Below are positions 1 through 9,633 of a stretch of 64,000 nucleotides of DNA, one piece after another. The stretch's first letter is position 1. Every line of letters begins with the position of its first letter. The stretch spans positions 32,001 through 96,000 of the forward strand of contig CAWJGT010000023.1 of NCBI GenBank assembly GCA_963842525.1, in the 5' to 3' direction. Below the pieces are notes generated by a model. That model saw only the letters and a list, made by a program, of their open reading frames with translations, was not told the origin of the DNA and did not search any database. The position numbers and the translations under genes are program-made. This DNA comes from an uncultured Holophagales bacterium. Its GTDB lineage: Bacteria > Acidobacteriota > Thermoanaerobaculia > Multivoradales > UBA5704.

Positions 1-263
1 TCGTGCGGGGAGCGATCGGCGCACTGCCGCTGGAGCTCAGCGGCCTTGTCCTGTTCGGCCTCCTTGGCATGCTTGGGCTTCGGGGCCGCCCTGCCCTCCT
101 CGTCATTGGTTGGGCCGGACACGCTCTCTGGGATGTGGCGTTCCATACGGGCGGCCGGGGCGCCTATGTGCCCGAGTGGTATGCAATGCTTTGCGTGGGC
201 TTCGACCTCCTCCTGGCCGGCTATATCGTTGGGCGGCCCTGGCGGGCCGCAGATGCTTCGTAG
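1..263 (+). CDS. small integral membrane protein (DUF6010-like), 5'-partial
   Basis: Hydrophobic ORF open at the window edge; GWAGHALWD..H and PEWYAMLCVGFD resemble DUF6010-type membrane proteins. Confidence 0.55.
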   Translation, partial: VRGAIGALPLELSGLVLFGLLGMLGLRGRPALLVIGWAGHALWDVAFHTGGRGAYVPEWYAMLCVGFDLLLAGYIVGRPWRAADAS

Positions 264-297
264 AGACGCCCCCAGTCCTCTGGCACTGCGGCTCCTG

Positions 298-534
298 ATG
301 ATTGCTCTGGCCGCATTGCTCCTCGCACCGGCCGCGGGCTGCGCGGAACCGCAGCGGACGGAGGCTCCTGTGGATGTCCTGACCCTGGTCGAACGCTTGG
401 TGGCGGCGCGTCCGTTCAGCCGCCGGAAGGTGGAAACGCTCACCGGTGTGCCTCTTCGCGAGGACGATCTCCGCTTCGGGCTCGGCCGCTCCTCCGGGCT
501 TCTAGAGGCTGTGATCATCGACGCCGAGCGATAG
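298..534 (+). CDS. short hypothetical exported/lipoprotein-like protein, possibly a truncated remnant
   Basis: ATG at 298; MIALAALLLAPAAGC looks like a signal or lipobox; ends just before the tandem repeat. Confidence 0.3.
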   Translation: MIALAALLLAPAAGCAEPQRTEAPVDVLTLVERLVAARPFSRRKVETLTGVPLREDDLRFGLGRSSGLLEAVIIDAER

Positions 535-582
535 GCCGGCCAAGGGCAGACGGCTGCCAACGAGAGCTTCCGCCAACCCTGG

Positions 583-1057
583 CGTTCCCCGCGGAGACTC
601 GCAGTGGTCCCGCGGGACCAACAGGATTCACCACGGGACCATGGACGTTCCCTGCGGTGGCTCGCAGTGGTCCCGCGGCACCGACAGGAGCCACCACGGG
701 ACCATGGACGTTCCCTGCGGTGGCTCGCTGTGGTCCCGCGGCACCGGCAGGAGCCACCACGGGACCATGGACGCTCACTGCGGTGGCTCGCAGTGGTCCC
801 GCGGCACCGGCAGGAGCCACCACGGGACCATGGACGCTCACTGCGGTGACTCGCAGTGGTCCCGCGGCACCGGTAAGGTTCACCACGGGACCATGGACGC
901 TCCCTGCGGCGACTCGCAGTGGTCCCGCGGCACCGGCAGGAGCCACCACGGGACCATGGACGCTCACTGCGGTGGCTCGCAGTGGTCCCGCGGCACCGGC
1001 AGGAGCCACCACGGGACCATAGACGCTCACTGCGGTGACTCGCAGTGGTCCCGCGGC
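583..1057. repeat. 63-bp tandem repeat array (~7.5 copies) with internal hairpin
   Basis: GC(A/T)GTGGTCCC recurs at 601, 664, 727, 790, 853, 916, 979 and 1042; each unit contains CCACGGGACCA...TGGTCCCGCGG. Confidence 0.95.
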
Positions 1058-1076
1058 GTGCAGCCTCGCTGCCCCC

Positions 1077-1103
1077 AGATCCTTCGCTACGCTCAGGATG
1101 ACA
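1077..1103. repeat. REP-like palindromic element half (AGATCCTTCGCTACGCTCAGGATGACA)
   Basis: Imperfect palindrome ATCCT...AGGAT resembling the widespread TGTCATCCTGAGCGNAGCGAAGGATCT intergenic repeat. Confidence 0.5.
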
Positions 1104-1236
1104 CGACAGGTCTGGTGTCCAGGGACAGACCTTGTCAGCTCGCTAGAAGGCCGCGTTGAAGAGCCGAAATTGAGACATACGCTCCTCGTAAGACAGAGGC
1201 ATGGCGTTCACGATAAGATCTTGCGAAGGTTCATCC

Positions 1237-2028
1237 ATGGCCGAGACCCTGACTTCCGATGCGGCGGCCCCGCGGCGGTTGCGCCTGCTGGCGCTGGTTG
1301 CCGTGACCGCAGTGGCTGCGGCGATCGTGTTTTCCAGGCCTGCGATCCCTCAGGACCCGGCGTACCACCGGTTCGCCGACGGCCGGACGCTGCTGGGGGT
1401 CCCCAACTTCTGGAACGTGGCCTCGAATGCCCCGTTCCTGGTGGTGGGTCTCGTCGGCCTCGTGCGGCTACGCCGGAGGCTTGGCGAGCCGGACGCGCCC
1501 GGCACGAGCGAGAAGGGGGCATGGCTCTCCCTGTTCCTGGGTTTGGCCCTGACCGCCTTCGGCTCTTCCTGGTATCACCTGGCGCCCTCCAATGCCACGC
1601 TGCTCTGGGATCGGCTACCGATGACCCTGGGATTCATGGGGTTCCTGGCCGGCGTGCTCGGCGAACGGATCGGCCGGCGCGCGTACCGGCTGCTGTTCTG
1701 GCCGCTCCTCGGGCTCGGGGTGGCGAGCGTGCTGTACTGGTATGCCAGCGAGATGCAGGGGGCGGGTGATCTCCGCCTCTATGCCCTGGTGCAGTTCTTT
1801 CCCCTCCTCATCATCCCCCTGGTGATGACGCTCTATCAGCCGCGCTACAGCCATGGACGGTGGATCTTCCTGGCCCTCGGCTGCTACGCGGCGTCCAAGG
1901 TGCTGGAGTACTACGACGGACCGATCTACGAAGCCCTGGGCTTCGGCGGCCATGCGCTCAAGCACTTCGCGGCTGCCGCGGGGTGCCTGGCGCTGCTCCA
2001 CATGTTCACTGTCCGGGCGCGGCTCTGA
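1237..2028 (+). CDS. alkaline phytoceramidase/ceramidase-like (CREST) membrane protein
   Basis: YHRFADGR..GVPNFWNVASN, SSWYH, WDRLPM and GHALKH motifs; multiple TM helices. Confidence 0.8.
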   Translation: MAETLTSDAAAPRRLRLLALVAVTAVAAAIVFSRPAIPQDPAYHRFADGRTLLGVPNFWNVASNAPFLVVGLVGLVRLRRRLGEPDAPGTSEKGAWLSLFLGLALTAFGSSWYHLAPSNATLLWDRLPMTLGFMGFLAGVLGERIGRRAYRLLFWPLLGLGVASVLYWYASEMQGAGDLRLYALVQFFPLLIIPLVMTLYQPRYSHGRWIFLALGCYAASKVLEYYDGPIYEALGFGGHALKHFAAAAGCLALLHMFTVRARL

Positions 2029-2094
2029 TACCGAGCGAGACGCGGTATCGGACCTGCCACACGCCATGAAAGGATCATCTATGAAGAAGGGTGA
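2029..2094 (+). pseudogene. 3' remnant of a BrnT-like toxin gene
   Basis: 2041-2094 reads ...GPATRHERIIYEEG*, the typical BrnT C-terminus, overlapping the antitoxin start; an adjacent frame gives TERD; the 5' part is missing. Confidence 0.5.
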
Positions 2095-2347
2095 ACCGGA
2101 CTACGAGGACGATCTTCGCCCCGAATACAAGCGTGAAGAGCTCGGCAAGGGCGTACGGGGGAAGTACTACCAAGCCTATACGAAGGGTAGCAACCTTGTC
2201 CTGCTCAGCCCCGATGTGGCCGCCGCATTCCCCACGGCAGATGCAGTCAATGAGGCCCTACGATCGTTGATCAAGGTCGCTCAGGCGTCAACTCGGCTCA
2301 CTCGAAGCCCCAAAGCCACTCTCAGAAAGGCCGTGGAGCGCCAATAA
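2081..2347 (+). CDS. BrnA-like type II antitoxin (orphan)
   Basis: DDLRPEY..GVRGKY..VLLSPDVAAAFPTADAVNEALRSL is the signature of antitoxins found downstream of BrnT. Confidence 0.75.
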   Translation: MKKGEPDYEDDLRPEYKREELGKGVRGKYYQAYTKGSNLVLLSPDVAAAFPTADAVNEALRSLIKVAQASTRLTRSPKATLRKAVERQ

Positions 2348-2418
2348 CCCCGCCGATGTCGAGCGGTGGACCGGCTGCACTGGCCCGAAAGTTCGGCCAC
2401 GGAGACTGCTTCTCAAGC

Positions 2419-4006
2419 TCACTGTCCAGGCGCGGCTTCAGGCGTCCGCTCGATCAACCAGGCGGCGCTCAGGGAGGCGAGCAGGGCGAGGCCCGCGGCG
2501 GTCAGCATGACGCCGCGGAAGGCTTTCAGGAAGGAATGGTCCACGGCGGAGCGGACTTGCGTCCTCGCCGTCCTCTCCAAGGCTGGCGGGGATGTCCAGG
2601 GCGGCGAGCTTTTCCTTCTGGTCCTTCACCGCCTGGCGCACCGCGGGCGGTAGAGATGTCGCTGCCAACCGGCGGTCCAGGTCGCGGTCGAAGAGGCCCA
2701 GCATGATGACGCCCAGCACGGCGACGGCAAGGAGTCCGGCGCCTCGCGAGACGGCGTTGTTGATCCCCGAGGCGATCCCGGAGTGGCGGTCTTCGACGGA
2801 GCCCATGACCGTCGCGGTGAGCGGCGCCACGCTGAGGGCCATGCCCAGCCCCAGGACCAGGACCGCGGGGAAGAACGTCGTCCAGTAGCTGCCACCCAGG
2901 CCCGGCACGGCGAACAGGGCGAACCCGACGGCGGCGATGGCCGGGCCGACGATCAGGGGGAGCCGGGCACCGTAGCGGTCGATCAGCCCGCCGGACCAGC
3001 GGGACAGCAGGAACAACAGGAGGACGAACGGGAGCAGAGCGGCGCCAGCGGCCAGGGCCGAATAGCCGCGGACCTGGATCAGGAGGAACGGCACGAAGAA
3101 CAGCGAGCCTCCCAGGGCGGCGTAGAGCCACAGGGTCAGGAGGTTCGCGCCGGCGAACGTCCGTGAGCGGAAGAGGGAGAGGGGCATCATGGGAGCCCGC
3201 GATCGGGACTCGACGAACAGGAACGCCGCGAGAGCGAGCGCGCCGAGGATCAGCGCCCCCGGCACCAGCGGGTGACCCCAGCCCAGGCGCGACGATTCGA
3301 TGAGCCCGAAGGTCACTCCTCCGAGCCCGAGGACCACGAGGAAGGCGCCGGCCAGGTCGAGCCCAGGCGGGGCCTGCGGGTCCCGGCTCTCCGGCACGAA
3401 CCGGAGGCCGATGACGAGCACCGCCAGGGCCAGCGGAAGGTTGATGAAGAACACCCACCGCCACGAGGCGTGATCGACGAGCCAGCCTCCCAGCAGAGGA
3501 CCCGCGGCCGTGGTGATGGCGCTGAAGCCGGACCACGTGCCGATGGCCCGCCGCCGCCGCGACTCGTCGAAGGAAGCTGAGAGAAGAGCGAGGCTCCCGG
3601 GCACCAGGAGGGCCGCGGCGATCCCCTGGACCGCCCGCGCGGAAATAAGCTGCTGCGGGCTCGCCGCGAAGCCGCACCACGCCGAGGCGAGGGCGAATCC
3701 GGTAACCCCGAGGAGGAAGACCCGGCGCCGGCCGAAGCGGTCGCCCAGGGACCCTCCCACCAGGAGCAGGGACGCGAGGAGGAGGGCGTACGCCTCCACC
3801 ACCCACTGGACCTCAGTCACGGTGGCGCCGAGGTCCGCCTGCAAGGCCGGCAGCGCCACGTTCACCGCCGTGCCGTCGATAAATGCCATGCTGGAGGCGA
3901 GGATCGTGGCGGCCAGCACCCACGGGCCCGCCGCACGCTCACAGGGAACCCCGTCCTTCCCCGCAAGGACCACTCCCTCGTCGCACGGCGCTTTCAGGGC
4001 TTGCAT
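2419..4006 (-). CDS. MFS drug:H+ antiporter (DHA2, 14-TMS); apparent frameshift near 2570
   Basis: [31 protein letters not shown] motifs; the last TM ([31 protein letters not shown]...*) is in a shifted frame ending at 2419. Confidence 0.9.
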
Positions 4007-4054
4007 TGGGCAATTCTAAGAGGGTGTTTGGAACTCTGCTAGAGGCGTCGCTTT

Positions 4055-4202
4055 GGTCCCTCACCCCCGCCCCCTCTCCCATCCGCCCTCCCTTCCCCCG
4101 GGAGAGGGGAGAAATGCATGATCAGGAAGCTCCTGGGTGGGGGCTCCCCTCTCCCGGGCGGGTGTGAGTGCGGATGGGAGAGGGGTCGGGGGTGAGGGAC
4201 CA
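4055..4202. repeat. inverted pair of REP-like palindromes
   Basis: CCCTCACCCCCGCCCCCTCTCCC...GGGAGAGGGG at ~4058-4110 and its reverse-complement copy at ~4146-4199. Confidence 0.85.
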
Positions 4203-4278
4203 GGGCTCGCGCAGGAATTTCCAGACACCCACTATGCCGCGGACCCTGCTCCGGCGCCGTTCACCTGGGGGGGTGACG

Positions 4279-5970
4279 CTACCGCGGCACCCGCGCGAAC
4301 CGCAGGTCCCGCACCCGGCCGAGGCCAAGGCTGAGCCCGGTCACCTTGCCATCCGGACCGCGCTGGAAGCGCACGATCCAGCCGCTGGCGGCCACGAAGG
4401 CGTCGGGGTAGGACGGCGTGAGCAGGAGCTTCAGGTCCGGCCGGGAGCGGAGCTCGAGCTTCCCCTCCTCCAGCACGACGCGGTAGGCGGCCTCGGCTTC
4501 GTCGCTCTCGTACTCTCCGGCGTACTCGGCAAGCTGGGCCGGGGTGGGCGCAAACTCGTCGACCGGCTCGAAGCGGACGACATCCCCGTTCGGATACTGG
4601 ATCCGCATCACCACCCGTCCGCTGCCGGGGGTGTCGTCGAAGGTGACCTCGACTCCGCTGTCGATGTGGAACTGCGTATCGGAGAGCGGCGTCAGGCCCA
4701 TTCCCCCCCTCGTGCGGAGGCGGCCTTCGGTCACCTGGAGCCGTAACGACTCCCCGGTGCGCTCGTTACGATAGAGCCCGGCCCGGGCCGCGAGCCTCTC
4801 CGGAGCCAGCTCAATCTTTGCGACGGGTGCGACGGGTGCGACGGGCGCAACGGCTGGAGCGGGAGCCGGCTTCGGCTGCCCCGCTAGGAACAGGTCGACG
4901 ACCTTGTACCCGAGCTCGCTCGGATCGGTGTCTCCCGCGTTGCAGAGGACCGCCACCGAAAGCCGCTGCTCGGGATACCTGGCCAGGAAGGACCGGTAGC
5001 CGGCCGTGGCGCCGTCGTGGCTGACCTCCGGGACTCCCTTGTAGGTGCCGATGAACAGGCCGCGGGCATACTCGATCTCCCGCCCGTCGTTCAGCCGGCC
5101 GCGCTTCTGGAGCTCCTGGCCCAGGCCCGGGCCCCCGACCTTGCCGTGCACGAAGCTCTCGTTCCAGAGGAGCAGGTCGCCGACCGTGGTCAGGAGGCCG
5201 CCGTTGCCGAACACCTTCTCGAAGGGCATGTCGCTGTGGAAGCCGTCCTCTTCGCGGTCGTAGGCGATGGCGCGCCCCTTGACCACGCGGGAGAAGTCGT
5301 CGCGCCACTGGGTGTGCGTCATGCCCAACGGCGCAAAGAGGTTCTGCCGGCAGAAGCCCTGGAACGTCTGGCCGCTGACCCGCTCCGCGAGCATGACGAG
5401 GAGGTTGTAGCCGGTGTTGGTATAGGAGTACTCGGCTCCCGGGGCGTGGTTGAGGGCCTTCTGCCGTGCGGCGATCTCCAGCACGTGGGCATGGGTATGG
5501 ATGCGGGTCCCCCGCGGCCAGCCGGCGATGCCGGCCAGCGCGCCCCAGTCGCGCAGGCCGCTGGTGTGATGGAGCAGGTGCTCGACGGTGATCGGGGTCC
5601 CATAGTCTGGCATCTCGGGGAAGTGCTTGCGGATGTCGTCCTGGAGCGCCAGCTTGCCCTGCCGGGCCAGGAGCGTCACCGCCGCGGCGGTGAATTGCTT
5701 GGACACCGACCCGGCCTCGAAGACGCTGTCGGGCGTGAGAGGCACGTCGTGCTCCAGGTCCGCCATGCCGTAGGCGCGTGAGACGACGGTCCGGCCGTCC
5801 TGGCCGACCGCCACGGCGCAGCCGGGCGCCTCCCGCGAGCTGAAGGCGGCAAAGATCTCGTCCACCCGGGCGGCAGGGTCCGCCGCGTTGGGCGCAACCG
5901 CCTGGCTCCAGGCGAGGGCAGGGAGGAGAAGGAGAACGAGGGACGTGGAAAGAGCACGCAGGTTTCTCAT
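4279..5970 (-). CDS. secreted serine hydrolase, beta-lactamase/AmpC (CubicO) family
   Basis: Signal peptide; SVSK (SxxK), LLHHTSGL, YSYTNTGY (YxN) and HDG motifs. Confidence 0.92.
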   Translation of the reverse strand: MRNLRALSTSLVLLLLPALAWSQAVAPNAADPAARVDEIFAAFSSREAPGCAVAVGQDGRTVVSRAYGMADLEHDVPLTPDSVFEAGSVSKQFTAAAVTLLARQGKLALQDDIRKHFPEMPDYGTPITVEHLLHHTSGLRDWGALAGIAGWPRGTRIHTHAHVLEIAARQKALNHAPGAEYSYTNTGYNLLVMLAERVSGQTFQGFCRQNLFAPLGMTHTQWRDDFSRVVKGRAIAYDREEDGFHSDMPFEKVFGNGGLLTTVGDLLLWNESFVHGKVGGPGLGQELQKRGRLNDGREIEYARGLFIGTYKGVPEVSHDGATAGYRSFLARYPEQRLSVAVLCNAGDTDPSELGYKVVDLFLAGQPKPAPAPAVAPVAPVAPVAKIELAPERLAARAGLYRNERTGESLRLQVTEGRLRTRGGMGLTPLSDTQFHIDSGVEVTFDDTPGSGRVVMRIQYPNGDVVRFEPVDEFAPTPAQLAEYAGEYESDEAEAAYRVVLEEGKLELRSRPDLKLLLTPSYPDAFVAASGWIVRFQRGPDGKVTGLSLGLGRVRDLRFARVPR

Positions 5971-6044
5971 CGGCTGGACCTCGAAAGGCGCCAGTCTACA
6001 TCGGCGCCGACCCGCTAGACTACCGGCGCCTGTCGGTCCGGGGG

Positions 6045-6073
6045 TTGACAGTCCGGCACTAATTTGTTATTCT
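6045..6073 (+). promoter_or_regulatory. sigma70-type promoter upstream of the S8 peptidase
   Basis: TTGACA (6045-6050), 17-bp spacer, extended -10 TG-N-TATTCT (6065-6073). Confidence 0.7.
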
Positions 6074-6308
6074 GTACGTCCCTTTTCTCGAAGCGGGCGA
6101 GCGGGGCACGGTCCGTAAAGTAGGGTGTCCGGGTTTTTTCGTAGGCCTCTTGTCTCATCCATGAAGTCACACACTCCCGTGAGGCCGGGTGGCACCCCTG
6201 TGTCCCGTCTCCCGAGCGCTGTAGCACTTTGGAGCTGCGGTACCTTCGAGAGGTCCGTCAAACTTCTTCCCACATTCGGATCCGGTAGATCCGAAGAGAG
6301 GAGACTCG

Positions 6309-8894
6309 ATGAAACGATTGCTGTCGCAGTGTGCCCTGTTCACCGTGCTCGTCTGTCCCGCGGCGGCGTGGGCCCAGGCCCAGCCCGTGGAGCCTCTTGA
6401 GCCGGCGCCCGCCGCCTCGATGGAACCTGTCGAAGACGGTGTCTCCACCTGGTTCGTGGAGCTGCAGGGAAAGCCAAAGTCCAAGGGCGGATCGGCCGCC
6501 AGCCTGTCGCAGGAGAAGCAGGCCTTCCGGGCCGCCGCCCAGGAGGCGGGGGTAACCTTCCAGGAGCGCTACAGCTACGACGGTCTCTGGAACGGCGTCT
6601 CGGTGCGGGTGAGCGAGGTCGGGCTGGCCAAGCTGTCGCGGCTCCCCGAGGTCAAGAACCTCTACCCGGTCGTGGACATCGCGGTGCCGGAGCCCGAGCC
6701 GGGGGAGGGGGCCGATCTCGTCACGGCGCTCGCCCAGACGCAGGCCAACATTGCCCAGAGCGGCCTGGGCCTGACCGGCCAGGGAGTCATCGTGGCGATC
6801 ATGGACACCGGCGTCGACTACGATCACCCGGACCTGGGAGGCTGCTTCGGTCCCGGTTGCCGGGTCGAGGCGGGCTTTGACCTCGTCGGCGACGCCTACG
6901 ACAGCAGCACGAACCCGGTGCAGGTCCCGGATCCCTTCCCGGATGACTGCAACGGCCACGGTTCGCACGTGGCGGGCATCGTCGGTGCCAACGGCGGCAT
7001 CAAAGGCGTGGCGCCGGGGGTGAAGCTCCACGCTTATCGTGTCTTCGGCTGCGGCGGCACGACCAGCGCCGATGTCATGGTCGCCGCGATGGAAATGGTC
7101 CTCGCGGGCGGAGCCGATGTGCTCAACATGAGCATCGGCGCCGCCTTCCAGTGGCCGCAGTACCCCACCGCCGTGGCCTCGGACAATCTCGTCGACGCGG
7201 GCGTGGTGGTCGTGACCTCGGCCGGCAACAACGGCGCCAACGGCATGTATGCGACCGGTGCCCCCGGCGTCGGCGGCAAGGTGATCGCCACCGCCAACTT
7301 CCAGAACACCCACATCAATTTCCCGGCCTTCACCGTCTCGGCCGACAACTCCGCGGTCGCCTACAACGCCGCAGCAGGCGCTCCTTTGACGCCGGTCTTG
7401 GGCACCTATCCGCTGGCCCGCACGGGCACCACCGCCTCGCTGGACGACGCCTGTAACGCAGTGGCGCCGCCTCTCGGCAGCCTGACCGGCAAGATCGCTC
7501 TCATCCGCCGCTTCGGCTGCCCTTTCAATGAGAAGGTCGCCAACGCCCAGAACGCGGGTGCGATCGGCGTCGTGCTCTACAACAACATTCCGGGTGCTCT
7601 GAATCCGAACGCGGCCGGCGCGGTTCCGGTCACGGTTCCGGTGGTGGGGATCAGCGACACGGACGGCGCCCTGATCAACGGACGCATCGCCGCCGGTGCG
7701 ACCACCCTGACCTGGACCCCCAATTCGGTGAGCATTCCGAACCCGCTCGCCAACCGCATCTCGGCCAGCAGCTCGTGGGGCGTCGCCCCCGACCTCACGC
7801 TGAAGCCGGACATCGGCGCGCCGGGCGGCAATATCCGCTCCACCATCCCGGTCGAGATCGGCAGCTATGGCCTTCTGAGCGGCACCTCGATGGCGTCGCC
7901 CCACGTGGCCGGCGCGGTGGCCCTGCTGCTGGAGGCCCATCCGGGCATGACGCCCGCGGCGGTGCAAGCGCTCCTCCAGAACTATGCCGTGCCGCAGCTC
8001 TGGACCGGCAACCCCGCCCTGGGCTTCCTCGACATGACGCACCGGCAGGGCGGCGGCATGCTGCGGATCGCCGATGCCATCAACGCCACCGTGTCCGTCC
8101 AGCCCGGTGAGCTCGCGCTCGGCGAAAGCCAAGCCGGTCCGGCCACCCGGACGCTGACGGTCCACAACTCCGGCAGCTCGCCGGTCACTCTCGACCTGTC
8201 GCACACGCCGGCGCTGGCGACGAACGGCACCTTCACCATCAGCAGTTTCAACGCCCCCGCGACGGTCACCTGGAGCGCTCCGACGCTCACGGTGCCTGCC
8301 GGCGGCACGGCCAGCGTCAACGCGACGATCACGGTGAACGCGGGCCTGCTCGACAAGAGCCTCTACGGCGGCTACCTGGTCCTGACCCCGCAGGGCGGCG
8401 GCCGCGCGGTGCGCGTGCCCTATGTCGGGTTCAAGGGCGACTATCAGTCGATCCAGGTCCTGGTGCCGACGGTGAACGGCTTCCCCTGGCTGGCCAAGCT
8501 GGACTCCGGCGGCAACCTGGTCAACCAGCCGGCCGGCGCGACCTACACGCTCCAGGGAGACGATGTTCCGTTCTTCGTGGTGCACTTCGACCACCAGGTC
8601 CAGCATCTGGAGATGAAGATCCTCGAGGCGGGCTCGGGCAATCCGGTCCATCCGGTGTTCCACTTCGCCTTGAAGGACGACTACCTGCCGCGCAACAGCG
8701 GCGCCGCCACCTTCTTCGCCTTCACTTGGGATGGCACGCGGCTGCACAGCAACGGCAACAAGAACAAGACCAAGGAGGTCCCCGACGGTCAGTACCTGAT
8801 CGTCCTCCGGGTCCTCAAGGCGCTCGGCGACGCGAACAACCCGGCGCACTGGGAGTCCTGGACCTCGCCGGTCATCACCCTCGACCGCCCGTAG
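6309..8894 (+). CDS. secreted S8 subtilisin-like serine peptidase (Vpr-like; propeptide, PA and Fn3-like domains)
   Basis: RBS GAGAGGAG; signal peptide; catalytic DTG, HGSHVAG and GTSMASPHVAG; PA insert GKIALIRRFGC. Confidence 0.95.
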   Translation: MKRLLSQCALFTVLVCPAAAWAQAQPVEPLEPAPAASMEPVEDGVSTWFVELQGKPKSKGGSAASLSQEKQAFRAAAQEAGVTFQERYSYDGLWNGVSVRVSEVGLAKLSRLPEVKNLYPVVDIAVPEPEPGEGADLVTALAQTQANIAQSGLGLTGQGVIVAIMDTGVDYDHPDLGGCFGPGCRVEAGFDLVGDAYDSSTNPVQVPDPFPDDCNGHGSHVAGIVGANGGIKGVAPGVKLHAYRVFGCGGTTSADVMVAAMEMVLAGGADVLNMSIGAAFQWPQYPTAVASDNLVDAGVVVVTSAGNNGANGMYATGAPGVGGKVIATANFQNTHINFPAFTVSADNSAVAYNAAAGAPLTPVLGTYPLARTGTTASLDDACNAVAPPLGSLTGKIALIRRFGCPFNEKVANAQNAGAIGVVLYNNIPGALNPNAAGAVPVTVPVVGISDTDGALINGRIAAGATTLTWTPNSVSIPNPLANRISASSSWGVAPDLTLKPDIGAPGGNIRSTIPVEIGSYGLLSGTSMASPHVAGAVALLLEAHPGMTPAAVQALLQNYAVPQLWTGNPALGFLDMTHRQGGGMLRIADAINATVSVQPGELALGESQAGPATRTLTVHNSGSSPVTLDLSHTPALATNGTFTISSFNAPATVTWSAPTLTVPAGGTASVNATITVNAGLLDKSLYGGYLVLTPQGGGRAVRVPYVGFKGDYQSIQVLVPTVNGFPWLAKLDSGGNLVNQPAGATYTLQGDDVPFFVVHFDHQVQHLEMKILEAGSGNPVHPVFHFALKDDYLPRNSGAATFFAFTWDGTRLHSNGNKNKTKEVPDGQYLIVLRVLKALGDANNPAHWESWTSPVITLDRP

Positions 8895-9078
8895 CCCCCC
8901 CCTCCCCCTGCCCCCCTCCCCCGCAGAGCGGGAGAGGGGGAGCTGAATCCAAGAAACATCGCGGGCCGGTGGGATCTCCCACCGGTCCCTTTCTTTTTTG
9001 GCAGGGAGGGGGCGCCCCTCTCCCGCTCGGGGCGGGAGGCGGGGAGGCCGCGCGGGGGAGAGGTCGGGGGAGGGGGCC
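8895..9078. repeat. inverted pair of REP-like palindromes flanking a terminator
   Basis: CCCCCTCCCCCTGCCCCCCTCCCC...GGGAGAGGGGG (~8895-8941) and the reverse copy CCCCTCTCCC...GGGGAGGGGG (~9015-9076). Confidence 0.7.
8963..8999 (+). terminator. rho-independent terminator
   Basis: GGGCCGGTGGGA-TC-TCCCACCGGTCCC hairpin followed by TTTCTTTTTT. Confidence 0.8.
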
Positions 9079-9079
9079 C

Positions 9080-9523
9080 CTACGACAGCGGCGCGGACGG
9101 TGCCGTGCCGCGGTCGACCTCGGGGGGAAGGACGACATCGCCCTGGGCGGCGTTGGCCTCCTGGCGGAGCGCTTCCAGCTCGCGCAGGTGCTCCTTCTGC
9201 GCGCCCACCACCTTGAGGAAGACGTCGGCCACGTGCTCGTCCACGTCGCGGATCATCCGCGGGTAGAGGGCGTCGATCTCGTACCGCTCCTCGGCGATGG
9301 CGTCGCCCAGGTTGGCATCCAGGGAACGGACCTGCTCGGCGGCTTCGAGGAGCTCGATGGCGAGCCTGTCCTTGGCGGCGGCCAGGCGCAGCCAGCGCCG
9401 GGCGAGGTTCGGCCGGCCCTCGCGATCGGCATGTTCGGCATAGGCACGGAAGCGGGCGGCGCTGGCGGCCTCCGCGGTGAAGGCCGTCTTCAGGTGCTCC
9501 TGATAACGCGGGATCCTCGACAC
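9080..9523 (-). CDS. rubrerythrin family (ferritin-like) protein
   Basis: HLKTAFTAEA..RF.AYAEHADREG, NL.DAIAEERYE...LYP, KEH; GTG start after GAAGGAG. Confidence 0.85.
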   Translation of the reverse strand: MSRIPRYQEHLKTAFTAEAASAARFRAYAEHADREGRPNLARRWLRLAAAKDRLAIELLEAAEQVRSLDANLGDAIAEERYEIDALYPRMIRDVDEHVADVFLKVVGAQKEHLRELEALRQEANAAQGDVVLPPEVDRGTAPSAPLS

Positions 9524-9633
9524 GGTGTCTTCTCCTTCTCGTTCGCGCTAAGATGGCCGGGCGCCCCCGGGCGTGGCAATTCTATGCGAGGGCGGAGAAA
9601 CTTTGCGCCTCCCCCCACGTAACCCCCTTGGCC

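Noticed and set aside
583-1057. CRISPR array
   Set aside because: Units are contiguous near-identical 63-mers with no unique spacers, and there are no cas genes
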